64,000 bases of DNA from Chloroflexota bacterium (lineage in GTDB: Bacteria > Chloroflexota > Dehalococcoidia > CAUJGQ01). The notes beneath the pieces are model-generated. The model was not told the DNA's origin and did not search any database. It saw only the letters and a list, made by a program, of their open reading frames with translations. Within the stretch, counting starts at the first letter, position 1; each line of letters opens with the position of its first letter. The translations under genes and the position numbers were made by a program. The stretch is taken from assembly GCA_036741355.1 (NCBI GenBank), contig DAINSK010000013.1, positions 2,349 to 66,348 on the forward strand, in the 5' to 3' direction. Shown in pieces: positions 9,061 to 18,700 of this stretch.

Positions 9061-10002
9061 TCAGGAAGCGGCGGGGGTAAGGGCGCGCTGCTTGCGGGCG
9101 AGCGCAGCCAAGAATTCAATTGTGCGCTCGGAGCCCGCGCCGGGAGCAGTAAATACGCCCGCGTTGAAGTCCGTAACGCCGAGCGTAGCGAGCTCGCGCA
9201 GACGCGCCGCGATTTCGTCTTCCGCGCCTATCAGGGCAACGTCCTCGGGGTTCTCGACGCCGCCCCGGTCGAGCGTGGCCCGGTAAGACGGCCACTGCCC
9301 GTACTGGACGAAGAGCCGCTTGGCCGATTCGCGCGCGGCCGTAACGTCATCGGTAACGCAGACGGGCAGCCCCGCCACAATGCGAGGCGCTGGCCGGCCG
9401 GCAGCCGCGGCGGCGGCGGTGATCGTCGGGATCGCCACGTCGCGCAAATAAACCGGACCGCCCATCCAGGTCACCGTCCCCTCGGCGAGCCGGCCGCACA
9501 GGCGCAGCATGGCGGGTCCGAGGGCCGCGACCAGCACCGGCGGGCGTGTCGCGCCCGCCACCTGGATCTGCGCCGCGACCCTGTACAGCTCGCCGCTGAA
9601 CCGGGTGGGCTCCTGCGCCAGCAGGCCGTTGAGCACCGTCAGATACTCCCGCGTGTGCGGGATCGGCCGGCTGTAATCGAGCCCGAGCGCGTCCTCCATC
9701 ATATCGCGGTGGCTCAGGCCGATACCGAGCGTGAGCCGGTTGCCGCTCGCGGCCTGGGTGGTCAGCGCCTGTTGCGCGAGCGCCGCCGGGTGACGAGGGT
9801 AGGTGGGAACGACGGCCGTCCCCAGTTCAATCCGGTCAGTCTCACGTCCGGCGATGGCCAGCACCGTCAGCGCTTCGAAGCCAAACGCATGCGAGAGCCA
9901 CGCGGTGGCAAACCCATCCCGCTCGGCGCGTTGAGCCGCCGCGACGAGCGTCTCCAGTGTCTGTGTCGCGACCGCTCGTGCCAGCCCGATTCCGATGCGC
10001 AT
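9061..10002 (-). CDS. LLM-class F420-dependent oxidoreductase (MSMEG_4879-like)
   Basis: IELGTAVVPTYPRHP, LGIGLSH and AALGPAMLRLCG; GAGGAGG RBS. Confidence 0.88.
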   Translation of the reverse strand: MRIGIGLARAVATQTLETLVAAAQRAERDGFATAWLSHAFGFEALTVLAIAGRETDRIELGTAVVPTYPRHPAALAQQALTTQAASGNRLTLGIGLSHRDMMEDALGLDYSRPIPHTREYLTVLNGLLAQEPTRFSGELYRVAAQIQVAGATRPPVLVAALGPAMLRLCGRLAEGTVTWMGGPVYLRDVAIPTITAAAAAAGRPAPRIVAGLPVCVTDDVTAARESAKRLFVQYGQWPSYRATLDRGGVENPEDVALIGAEDEIAARLRELATLGVTDFNAGVFTAPGAGSERTIEFLAALARKQRALTPAAS

Positions 10003-10162
10003 TAGCTTCCTCCTCGTCTGGTATTCTCTACAGTAACCCGTCCCTTGCAAGACTCACCGCTGGACCGGGGTGCTCGGGCGGAGACATCGCGATTGCCGGA
10101 ACGTGCGTAAAAGCAAGCTCCGAGCAATAGGTTCCAGGCGGAAACGCGGCCGGCCCTGATTG

Positions 10163-10606
10163 CTAGGTTTCGCGGTAGATGGGCTTCCGGAGCCGGACTT
10201 GGTCGAGCAGGCGCAGGTTGAGCGGCTCCATCTCATGGCCGCGCGGCTGCGGTGGCCGTGGATCAAGCCCCAGCAGGCCGATCACGCTCGGATCACTGTA
10301 GTAGCCGGCGTATGCAGAGACCACGAGCGCCTCGAAGGACGCGGCGTGCGACGCTTCGATCTCTTTCATCACGCTGTCTCGTGGGGCGTCTGAAAGGTAG
10401 GTGAATCCGGCGTTACCATGGCGCAGGCTACTTTGCTCAATCTCCGAAAAGAGCGGAGCGGCGACACCGCCCGATGCTACGACGCGGGCTACGTAGTCGC
10501 TCGCGATTTCGCCGGCACTGGGGAAGCCGTCGCCGGCCGGGATGATGCGATCGAGCACGGCCACGAGCAGGTCGCGCCCTATGGCTACTGCGTCACTTTG
10601 GGTCAT
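10163..10606 (-). CDS. Gluconate 2-dehydrogenase subunit-3-like protein
   Basis: LDRIIPAGDGFPSAG...GYYSDP.V pattern; its start overlaps the stop of the GMC C-terminal fragment. Confidence 0.7.
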   Translation of the reverse strand: MTQSDAVAIGRDLLVAVLDRIIPAGDGFPSAGEIASDYVARVVASGGVAAPLFSEIEQSSLRHGNAGFTYLSDAPRDSVMKEIEASHAASFEALVVSAYAGYYSDPSVIGLLGLDPRPPQPRGHEMEPLNLRLLDQVRLRKPIYRET

Positions 10607-10754
10607 CGCTGCCTCGCATCGTGGATGAAACGGTCCGCCATGCGGAGCGCCACGGCCTGGATCGTGGAAGTAGGGTTCACTCCGCCGCAGGTTGGCATGA
10701 CGCTGCCGTCGATGACGTAGAGGTTGGGCACGTCGTGGCTCTGACCGTCGCTGT

Positions 10755-10898
10755 TCACGACCGCGCACCTATACGATGAAATAGTCGACGGGGTATCCGT
10801 AGTCCGCAGAGAGTCTGGTGGCTCTCTTTCGGACCGGAGAAGAAGTCCCAGACGTGAGTTACATTAGCAGCTCCGCTATATAGACGGTAACGCTTCAT
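10755..10898 (-). CDS. Small phage-like ORF truncated at the junction
   Basis: GAGG RBS; MKRYRLYSGAANVTHVWDFFSGPKESHQTLCGLRIPRRLFHRIG then runs into host GMC sequence. Confidence 0.45.
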   Translation of the reverse strand: MKRYRLYSGAANVTHVWDFFSGPKESHQTLCGLRIPRRLFHRIGARS

Positions 10899-11450
10899 TC
10901 AGTACCTCTTCATGGAAGTGGAAAGTGGTAACTGAGGCATGTATTCCGTACCCACTTCTCTGGATCACTAGAGCTTCCCTGGCTAAGGATCCCCGCGTCT
11001 CGACAATCTGCAGCAATCTTAGTCAGTGAGTCTAGTGCACCTTGTTGGTTACCTACTCTAGCGTTGTCAACATAGCTCTGTAGGTGACCGTACATCTGGT
11101 TCTCCATACCGAGCCATTGCGCATCAGCCGTCGAGCCGCTACACCCGCTTATCAGTACTAGTGAGATTGGCAGTAGCAGATACCGTACTAACTTCATTAT
11201 TGTACCTCGATCCACTCGTAGGGTCCGAGTCCATAGTTGATGCTCGTGTCGATCCATGGGTACGGGTATCCGGATCCTAATCCTCCACCTCTGTCGTAGA
11301 TGACGAACCGGAGACCGCGGTTGTAGACCACCGAGTATGCTGGGATGTCCCAACTAGCTGCAGCTACATCCTCTCCAGGCGCTGAGTGGTCCCATCCTCC
11401 ATAGTACGTAGGTCCTTGTACGTTACTGTACTCGGTTACGCGAGCACATA
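10765..11450 (-). mobile_element. ~686-bp foreign, phage-like DNA fragment
   Basis: GC is about 45-60% per line counted by eye, versus about 65% in the flanks. It has many A-ending codons and three tightly packed co-oriented ORFs; the outer two are cut at the junctions. Confidence 0.7.
10910..11197 (-). CDS. 95-aa lipoprotein inside the foreign fragment
   Basis: MKLVRYLLLPISLVLISGC has a lipobox-type Cys19; GAGG RBS; TAATG overlap with the upstream ORF. Confidence 0.75.
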   Translation of the reverse strand: MKLVRYLLLPISLVLISGCSGSTADAQWLGMENQMYGHLQSYVDNARVGNQQGALDSLTKIAADCRDAGILSQGSSSDPEKWVRNTCLSYHFPLP

Positions 11451-11451
11451 C
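11197..11451 (-). pseudogene. C-terminal fragment of a 3D/DPBB-domain cell-wall protein
   Basis: Manual translation VCARVTEYS...VAAASWDIPAYSVVYNRGLRFVIYDRGGGLGSGYPYPWID resembles the 3D motif; no start codon inside the insert. Confidence 0.55.
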
Positions 11452-12454
11452 GGCGTACCCACACCGTTACAGGCGACGACCACCACCCGCGCTGTCTGCT
11501 CGACGACCTGTCCGTCGGCGTCATAGTAGACCGCGCCGCCGGCCAGCCCATCTTTCGTGACCGTGATCTCGCGCACCCGGGCGCCGGTCTCCAGTGTGGC
11601 CCCAAGAGCCAGCGCCTTCGGCCAATAGGTGACATCGGTACTGGCCTTCGCGCCGATGGGGCAGCCGAGGTCGCATGGGCCGCAGTTATTGCAGGCGTGC
11701 CGGCCGTCGTAATCGCGCGTGATGATAGCGCTGTCCGACGGCCACCAGTGCCAGCCAAGCCGCTCGAAGCCGGCGACGATCGTCTCGCCCAGCTTGCCCA
11801 ACGGAATCGGCGGCGTCTGCCGTGGCGGCTTGGGTGGATAGGCCGGGTCGCCGGTGACGCCGGATACGCCCATCATGCGGTCGTTGAGGTCGAAGTAGGG
11901 CTCGAGCTCCGCGTAGCTCAGAGGCCAATCGTCGGCGACGCCGTCAAGCGTCTTGACCCGGAAGTCGGAGGGATGCAGGCGGGGGAAGTGCGCGCTCCAG
12001 TGAATCGTGCTTCCGCCGACGGCGTTGTACATGAGCGGGATGATGGGGGTAGCGTCGTTGTTCAGTGGATAGTCGGCGGGCAACTCGCGAACGTTCGGAT
12101 CGGGATGCATGTCGGTGAAGCGGTGGAGCTCCCAGGCGTCACGCGTGTGCGCGAAGGTCCTGGGATCAACCCACGGACCCTGCTCCAGGCAGTGGACCTT
12201 GATGCCGGCGCGGCTCAGGCTCCAGGTGAAGGCGGCGCCCGACGCGCCCGCGCCGATCACCAGCACGTCCACCGGTTCACGGTCAGCGATCATGCCCGAC
12301 CTCCTGGTGCTCGATCAAGCAACGCCTGCAGGCGCTCGTTCATTATCTTCGCGGTTACCAGCACACCTTCCTATCTGAACCGGTATCATCGCAATCGGCT
12401 CACACTATACACTCCCTGCCAAGGCGCCGCTTACGACGCCTGAAGGGAGCCGCG

Positions 12455-13348
12455 ATGCCCTCGAACACCGCCGGCCTACGTATCGTCGCCTATACCGTGC
12501 GGCCGCAGGCGCATCAGGTCATCACCGATTGGTGCGACCGCGGCGGTCACAAGCTGCTGCTCTTGATCACCACACCCGGGCCGAAGAGCCGGCCGTCGCC
12601 AACTTACCGCGAGGTATTGAACGCAGCGCCGCGCACGCAGGAGGTCCTGATCACTACCCGCATGCAGCGTCCGGTGTCCTTGATCCGCGATCTGCAGCCG
12701 GACCTCGTCATTTCGTTCACCTTTCCCTACCGTGTGCCTCCCGAGGTCGTGGCTATTCCAAAGTACGGCGCGGTGAACCTGCACCCGGCGCCGCTGCCGC
12801 TCTACCGTGGCCCGAATCCGCTGCGCAGCATCTATGATGGCCACCCCGAACTCGGCTCGACGCTCCACTGGATCGCGCCGGAGTACGACACGGGCAACAT
12901 CCTCGCCCGGGTCTGCCGCCCGCTGCCTGAGGACCGCAGTCTCCAGAGCGTGTTTGGAACCTGGGCTGGCACGATGCAGTCCGCGCTCGAACAGGGGGTC
13001 GCCCGCGCCCTGGCCGGCGATCCCGGCACCCCGCAGGATGAGAGCCTGGCCAGCTATGGAAGCATCTTCACCACCGGGGAGCGGTGGCTCGACTGGAGTC
13101 TGCCCGCCGCTTTACTGCAGGGGCGGGCAACCGTGCTCGCCGTCAACACCGAAGGCCTCGAAGACCACAACGCCCCGGGCTGCCTGGCGTCGATCGGCGG
13201 CTCGGCCTATGCCGTTCAACGGGTCACTCCGTTGCGCGGTGTGCCGCCGCCAGCGGCGCCCGGAACGGTTATTGCCACAATGGACGGTACCATCACGCTC
13301 TGCTGCGGCGACGGCGTTCTGCAGGTGCATGCGACGCCGATAGGTTAG
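12455..13348 (+). CDS. Formyltransferase family protein (Fmt-like)
   Basis: AVNLHPAPLPLYRGPNP and TLHWIAPEYDTGNIL. Confidence 0.85.
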   Translation: MPSNTAGLRIVAYTVRPQAHQVITDWCDRGGHKLLLLITTPGPKSRPSPTYREVLNAAPRTQEVLITTRMQRPVSLIRDLQPDLVISFTFPYRVPPEVVAIPKYGAVNLHPAPLPLYRGPNPLRSIYDGHPELGSTLHWIAPEYDTGNILARVCRPLPEDRSLQSVFGTWAGTMQSALEQGVARALAGDPGTPQDESLASYGSIFTTGERWLDWSLPAALLQGRATVLAVNTEGLEDHNAPGCLASIGGSAYAVQRVTPLRGVPPPAAPGTVIATMDGTITLCCGDGVLQVHATPIG

Positions 13349-13414
13349 GGATTCCGTACCGCGTTCGAGGGAGTGCTAGGATGCGATGAGGGCGCACCAA
13401 ACGCCCGGAGGGGA

Positions 13415-14572
13415 ATGATGAGAGCAGGCGTTCATTTCAACTATCAGAACTACGGGGACTGGGATCGCTTCGAAGGCCATCACGCCGGCCCCCCCGTCGT
13501 GTCAGACCAGCAAGTGTACGAAGAAGAGTTGCACCTGGGCGGTCTCGTCGAGCGGCTCGGGTTCGATTCCTACTGGGCGATCGACCACCACTTCGCCCCG
13601 TACATCATGACCGCTGGAGCGATTCAACACCTGACCTATTTCGCTGGGAAGACCAGTCGCATCGACTTTGGCACCATGGTGGTTGTGCTGCCCTGGTACG
13701 ACCCGGTCGTGGTCGCCGAGCAAGTTAGCGTGCTCGACAACCTGCTGCAGGGGCGCCGCCTCACGCTTGGCCTCGGCCGCGGTGCCGCAAAGCGCGAATT
13801 CGATGCCTTCAGGATTCCCATGGATGAATCGCGCGACCGTTTCGCGGAGTCGCTCGAGATCGTTCGCAAGGCGTTAACGCAGGAGTGGTTCTCCCACGAG
13901 GGCCAGTTCTACAGCATTCCCGAAACGACCATTCGCCCGCGTCCGCGGAACCCGCAGGAGCTGGTGGGGCGTATGCGCGTGGCGTGGACCAGTACCGAAA
14001 CCCTGCCCATCGCGGCGAACGCGGGGTTGGGCATGCTGATGACCAACCAAAAGAGCTGGGAAGAGTACCGCGAGGACGTTCGCGGCTTCAACGCCGTACG
14101 CGCCGATAAAGGCTGGTCGCCGATCCAGCCGAGCGTCGTGGTACACGTCTCCTGCTTCGATACGGAAGCAGAGGCCTGGGACACCATCCTGCGCCACACC
14201 ATCGAGGCGCAGAACAGCGTCCAGCGGCACTATGGGTGGAAGGACGCCGACCGCTTCCGCCAGACCAAGGGCTACGAGCAGTACGCCAAATTCGGCGAGC
14301 TGCTGCAGCGAAAAACCGCGGAGGAGGTCGGGGAGCACAACGCACGCCCGCAGGCGTGGGGCACACCCGACCAGGTGCTGGAAAAGCTACAGCACGTCCA
14401 GCGAATGACCAGCGCCGAAGAGCTGATCCTGAACTTCCGCTTCGGCGGAATGCCCGCCGGCACCGCGGAACGCTCGATGCGCCTCTTCGCCGCCGAAGTC
14501 CTGCCAAAGCTCCACGAACTCGACGCCCCGCTCCACTCCGACATGGTCGGCGCCGCCACCGCGACCCCATAA
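13415..14572 (+). CDS. LLM-class flavin-dependent oxidoreductase
   Basis: GFDSYWAIDHHF, LGLGRGAAKREF and AWGTPDQV. Confidence 0.9.
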   Translation: MMRAGVHFNYQNYGDWDRFEGHHAGPPVVSDQQVYEEELHLGGLVERLGFDSYWAIDHHFAPYIMTAGAIQHLTYFAGKTSRIDFGTMVVVLPWYDPVVVAEQVSVLDNLLQGRRLTLGLGRGAAKREFDAFRIPMDESRDRFAESLEIVRKALTQEWFSHEGQFYSIPETTIRPRPRNPQELVGRMRVAWTSTETLPIAANAGLGMLMTNQKSWEEYREDVRGFNAVRADKGWSPIQPSVVVHVSCFDTEAEAWDTILRHTIEAQNSVQRHYGWKDADRFRQTKGYEQYAKFGELLQRKTAEEVGEHNARPQAWGTPDQVLEKLQHVQRMTSAEELILNFRFGGMPAGTAERSMRLFAAEVLPKLHELDAPLHSDMVGAATATP

Positions 14573-14579
14573 CGGAGCA

Positions 14580-15269
14580 GTGAGGAGCGCCCGCCCGGCG
14601 GTCGAATCCGCGGCATTCATCCAGTCGCTGCGCTCCGAGCCATCACTGAACCCGGCGCTCGTGCCGGTGAACGGTGCTCAGGGTGGCGTGACCGCGGCCA
14701 TAGCCCGCGATGGCGAGGACGGCGGACAAGGGGCCGGCTACTGGAATTACGTCGACACGCGCCTTGCCCAGGCCCGGCTGTCACGCAACCAGGTGCAGGT
14801 CGTGTGGCTGAAGGAAGCCGATGCAGGTCCCAGGGGATCCGACGTCGTTTACGCCCGGCAGCTCGCCGCGGAGCTCGAAGACATCGTCGGCGTGCTGACC
14901 GCCCGCTTCCCCAAACTCAAGCTGGTCTACCTTTCGAGCCGCATCTACGGCGGCTACGCTTCCTCGCCGCTCAACCCCGAGCCGTACGCTTATGCCTCCG
15001 GATTTGCGGTCAAATGGGCCATTGAGCCGTTTATTCAGTCAGCCGCGGTCGGGAAACAAAACGGTCCATGGGTAGGCTGGGGCCCGTACTTCTGGGCCGA
15101 CGGCACCACGCCGCGCGGCGATGGACTAACATGGTTCTGCTCGGATTTCACCCCGGCCGATGGCACCCACCCATCGGTCATCGGAGCCTTTAAGGTGGCG
15201 GCGCAACTCATCTCGTTTTTCGAGGCCAACCCGACGGCGGCACCCTGGATCCAAAACGCGACTAGCTAA
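14580..15269 (+). pseudogene. SGNH/GDSL-like hydrolase, apparently N-terminally truncated
   Basis: NGAQGG, VWLKEA, YLSSRIYGGY and DGTHPS are present. The signal peptide and block-I Ser motif are absent, and the GTG start has a poorly spaced RBS. Confidence 0.55.
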
Positions 15270-15337
15270 ACTGCGCAAGCCGCCGCAATCCGAGCCCAGG
15301 CGAAGCTGACTGGCATCACTATGAAGGAGTCAAACTC

Positions 15338-16114
15338 ATGTGCTATGCGATCGACGCACTACCGCCGCTGCCGCCCATCGCGGGCGGCGCCGCAGACAGC
15401 GAAGACCTGGTCCTGACCGCCGCTGACGGCACGAAGGTCGCCGCTTTTGCCGCCCGTACAGCCGGCCCAAGCGGCGCCGGCATCGTTGTCCTGCCCGATG
15501 TGCGAGGCCTGTTCCATTTCTACGAAGAACTGGCGTTTCATTTCGCCCAACAGGGCGTTACCTCCGTGGCGATCGACTATTTCGGCCGCACGGCCGGCGC
15601 CGCCAAGCGCGATGCCGAGTTCCCATTCATGGAGCACATCCCCAAGACGCGGCCGGCGACCATCGCTCAGGACGTTGCCGCGGCGGCGGCCTACTTGCGC
15701 TCCCCGGCTGGAGGGTCATGCCGGTCGGTGTTTACAGTAGGGTTCTGCTTCGGCGGCTCCAACTCCTGGATGCAGACGGCCGAGGGGCATGGACTGGCCG
15801 GCGCGATCGGCTTCTATGGGAACCCCGGCCCCAACATGGCCGACCGTTCGCCCGGACCGCTGGCTAGGGTTGGCGACTTCAAGGCGCCGATTCTGGCGCT
15901 CATCGCCGGTGCCGACGCCCATATCAAATCGGAAGTCAATGAGGAGTTCCGCCGAGCGGTGGAGGTGGCCAATCCGGAAAACGAGGTGGTCGTGTATCCC
16001 GGGGCGCCGCACAGCTTCTTTGACCGAAGCTCTGAACAATACAAGGACGAGTGCGCAGACGCCTGGCGACGCATGCTGGCCTTCATCCATAAGCACACGA
16101 GCGCGGCCCGGTAG
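15338..16114 (+). CDS. Dienelactone hydrolase family protein
   Basis: GFCFGG nucleophile elbow and YPGAPHSFF; AAGGAG RBS. Confidence 0.92.
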   Translation: MCYAIDALPPLPPIAGGAADSEDLVLTAADGTKVAAFAARTAGPSGAGIVVLPDVRGLFHFYEELAFHFAQQGVTSVAIDYFGRTAGAAKRDAEFPFMEHIPKTRPATIAQDVAAAAAYLRSPAGGSCRSVFTVGFCFGGSNSWMQTAEGHGLAGAIGFYGNPGPNMADRSPGPLARVGDFKAPILALIAGADAHIKSEVNEEFRRAVEVANPENEVVVYPGAPHSFFDRSSEQYKDECADAWRRMLAFIHKHTSAAR

Positions 16115-16126
16115 CGGATCTGCGCG

Positions 16127-17492
16127 TTACAGCTCCGGCCAGCGGTCATTCCACGGGTGAGCCTGCTCGTAGGCGTACGCCGCCTGCAGCACCAGCGCGT
16201 CGGCGTGGTGCCGCGCCGCGATCTGCAGGCCAACCGGCAAACCCGCATCGGTAAAACCGGCGCGGACGCTCGCAGCCGGCGTGCCGGCTACATTAAAGAT
16301 GGCCGTGAACGGAACCGGGTTCCCGCCGAGGCTCACGCCTTCGATCTCGGTCGGATACGGCCCCTCGGCCGCGAAAGCCTCATACGGCATCGTCGGCGTC
16401 AACAGCAGGTCGTAGCGCTCGAATAGCTGCGCGAGCCACTGCGCCAGCTCCGCCCGCACCCGGTAGAACTTGCCGAAGTCGCGGGCGCCGATCTCCTCGA
16501 CGCCGCGGAACCCGGCGGCATAGCCAGCGGAGAAGCGGTCGCGGTGATTGAGAACGATGTCCTCCATCTGCGCCAGCGCCTGAAAACGCCCCATCCGTTG
16601 CCACCAATAGCCTAACGGCTCAGGGAAAGCGGCGTCGGTCTCTTCCACCTCGTGCCCGAGTTCGGAGAACACGTTGGCCGCGTTGCGGACCTCGCGGGCG
16701 ACGTCGCTCTGCACCCGCGGGCAGCCGAAGTTCGGGCTGAAGCCGATGCGCAGTCTCGGCAACGGCTCCTCCAGCCTCGCCAGGAACGAATACGAGGGCT
16801 TGGGCAGGGAGGTCGGGTCGGCGGGATGGTAGCCGGACACCTGGTCCAGGTAGATCGCCGCGTCGCGCACTGTGCGGGTTAACGGGCCGTAGACGCTGGT
16901 GTCCATCCAGCCCAGCATCTGCCGCGGTCCGATCGGCACCAGACCGAAGGTCGGCTTGAGGCCGAATGCGCCGGTGAAGCAGGCGGGAATGCGCACCGAG
17001 CCGGCCCCGTCCGAGGCGGTCGCGACGGCGACCATGCCCGAAGCGATCGCCGCGGAGGCGCCGCCGCTGGATCCGCCGGGCGTACGCTCCGGATTCCAGG
17101 GATTGCGCGTCGTACCGAACACGTCGTTGGTGGTGAAGCCGGCGTAGCCAAACTCCGGCGAGTTGGTCTTGCCGATGCAGATGGCGCCCGCCTGACGCAG
17201 CCGTTCGACGTGAATGTCGTCGCCCGGAGCCCAGGTGTCCGCGAAGGCACGCGAGCCCTGCGTCGTGCGGAACCCCTCGGCGTTCTCGAGCTCCTTCACC
17301 CCGAACGGCAAACCGCCGAGCGGCGTCGAGCTGGATGAATGCGTTGATTGTCGGGTTGACTGCCTGGATGCGCTCCAGCGTCGCCTCCATCAGCTCGGTG
17401 GGCGACAGCTCTTTGCGCCGGACCATGCCGGCGATCGTCTCGGCCGGCGCGAAGTACAGGTCTCGCTTCGACGCTGGTTCCACGGTCGTCAT
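16127..17492 (-). pseudogene. Amidase-signature enzyme with a frameshifting internal deletion near 17321-17324
   Basis: Frame 1 is MTTVEP...NPTINAFIQLDA. Frame 2 resumes at PLGGLPFGVKE and contains GGSSGG and SDGAGSVR. The usual linker of about 20 aa is missing. Confidence 0.85.
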
Positions 17493-17589
17493 CAGCTTGA
17501 CTCCGATGTACCGCCGGCCGGCCGGACGTGCCCGGCTCTCGCCTGGACTGTAGCGTGTCCGATGGGTTTCCGCTTCGTGCGGCGACCCC

Positions 17590-18054
17590 TTACTGCACAG
17601 TGAACACCGCGTGCATGTGCAGGGCGTAGTGCACCATCGTCTGTGAGCCGATGGTCGAAGTGATGAAGCAGGCCATCTCGTACGTCCCGGGGGCGAGCGT
17701 GGCATCGAAGGCCGCCCGCTTCCCAGGCGCGACATCTTCCATGTGGCCCGCGAGATTCTGCAATAGCGTGGCTTCGTCTACTTCCTGGCCGGCCGCTTTT
17801 GCCGCGAGCAGCGTGGGCAACTGTGGCTGGTTCTGGGGATAGACCCACAGCTCGTGGTTGTAGTCCTTGCTGTCGTTGACCAGCACGAAGCGCACGTGCC
17901 CAGCAGCCACCGTTTGCGGCACACCCTGGAAGTTGAAGTCCGTGGCGTGGAGCGTGACCGTGGCGGTGCTCGACTTGCCACCACACGCGGCGAGGACCAG
18001 GAACAGTGGGGCGAGTATGAGGTACGCTGCTCTGCGCAGTCCGTGATTTTGCAT
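17590..18054 (-). CDS. Cupredoxin-fold lipoprotein
   Basis: LAAC lipobox; NHE...ACFITS...VHYALHM provides H/C/H/M copper ligands. A second in-frame start lies at 18111. Confidence 0.8.
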   Translation of the reverse strand: MQNHGLRRAAYLILAPLFLVLAACGGKSSTATVTLHATDFNFQGVPQTVAAGHVRFVLVNDSKDYNHELWVYPQNQPQLPTLLAAKAAGQEVDEATLLQNLAGHMEDVAPGKRAAFDATLAPGTYEMACFITSTIGSQTMVHYALHMHAVFTVQ

Positions 18055-18125
18055 TACTACCCTCCTTGCGCTGCCTAAGCGACATTCTGAAGTAAGTCCG
18101 TGATTTTGCATTTGTCCCCTCCTTG
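18038..18125. repeat. 31-bp direct repeat duplicating RBS, ATG and first codons
   Basis: 18038-18068 vs 18095-18125 are 28/31 identical, with a 57-bp (in-frame) period. Confidence 0.85.
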
Positions 18126-18379
18126 AAGTAACCATGAGGGGTCGCAGAACGCCCGTCTGTCAGGCAGCCCGAGACTGTTCTGTGGGGTAATACCCGCTGC
18201 GACGCAACACTGGACAAGCTGAGTGAGGAGCTGGTTCAGAAACGGTATGGAACCGTTTTAGGCGTAGGGTTTTGATACACGCCGGGGATGATGAACAAAC
18301 GGAGGGTTTTCTTTACCGGCCTTTCGTGAGGTGAATCGCGGGCCTTAACGGCCGCGTACATTGCCTGACAGGTGAGGCG

Positions 18380-18670
18380 TTAGAGTCGCTTTACTTCTCG
18401 GTAGCGCTGCGTCAGGTCGGCCACGATAGCGCCGACGTCTTCGCTCAGCTGGCTGCGCCGCCGAGCTGAGGTGCCGAGCGCCAGGACGCCGCGTCGGCAC
18501 CCCAAGGGGAGCCACTCGCTTACCTTAACGGTGCCCTTCATCACATCACGGTGGATGAGGCAGACGTACTGGTAGGCGCCGGCCGGCGCGTCGATGGTCA
18601 GGGCATACGCGGCTCCCGGCCGTAGGCCGCTCTTGGCGTAGCCCCACCCTGGTGATCGGGACCAGTAGGC
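18380..18670 (-). pseudogene. Start-less plastocyanin-like C-terminal remnant
   Basis: Manual translation ...YALTIDAPAGAYQYVCLIHRDVMKGTVKV; bounded upstream by an in-frame TAG with no start codon. Confidence 0.65.
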
Positions 18671-18700
18671 CTATCTGTGCAGCACCGGCCCGGCTGAATA

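Larger units (their letters stand above)
10603..12293 (-). pseudogene. GMC oxidoreductase with its central part replaced by foreign DNA
   Basis: N-part 11451-12293 has VIGAGASG, GGSTIHW and ACNGVGTP. C-part 10603-10764 reads AVVNSDGQSHDVPNLYVIDGSVMPTCGGVNPTSTIQAVALR. Confidence 0.88.

Noticed and set aside
10765-11450. IS, MITE or intron insertion
   Set aside because: No terminal repeats, TSD, transposase or intron domains, and host sequence is lost rather than just interrupted.
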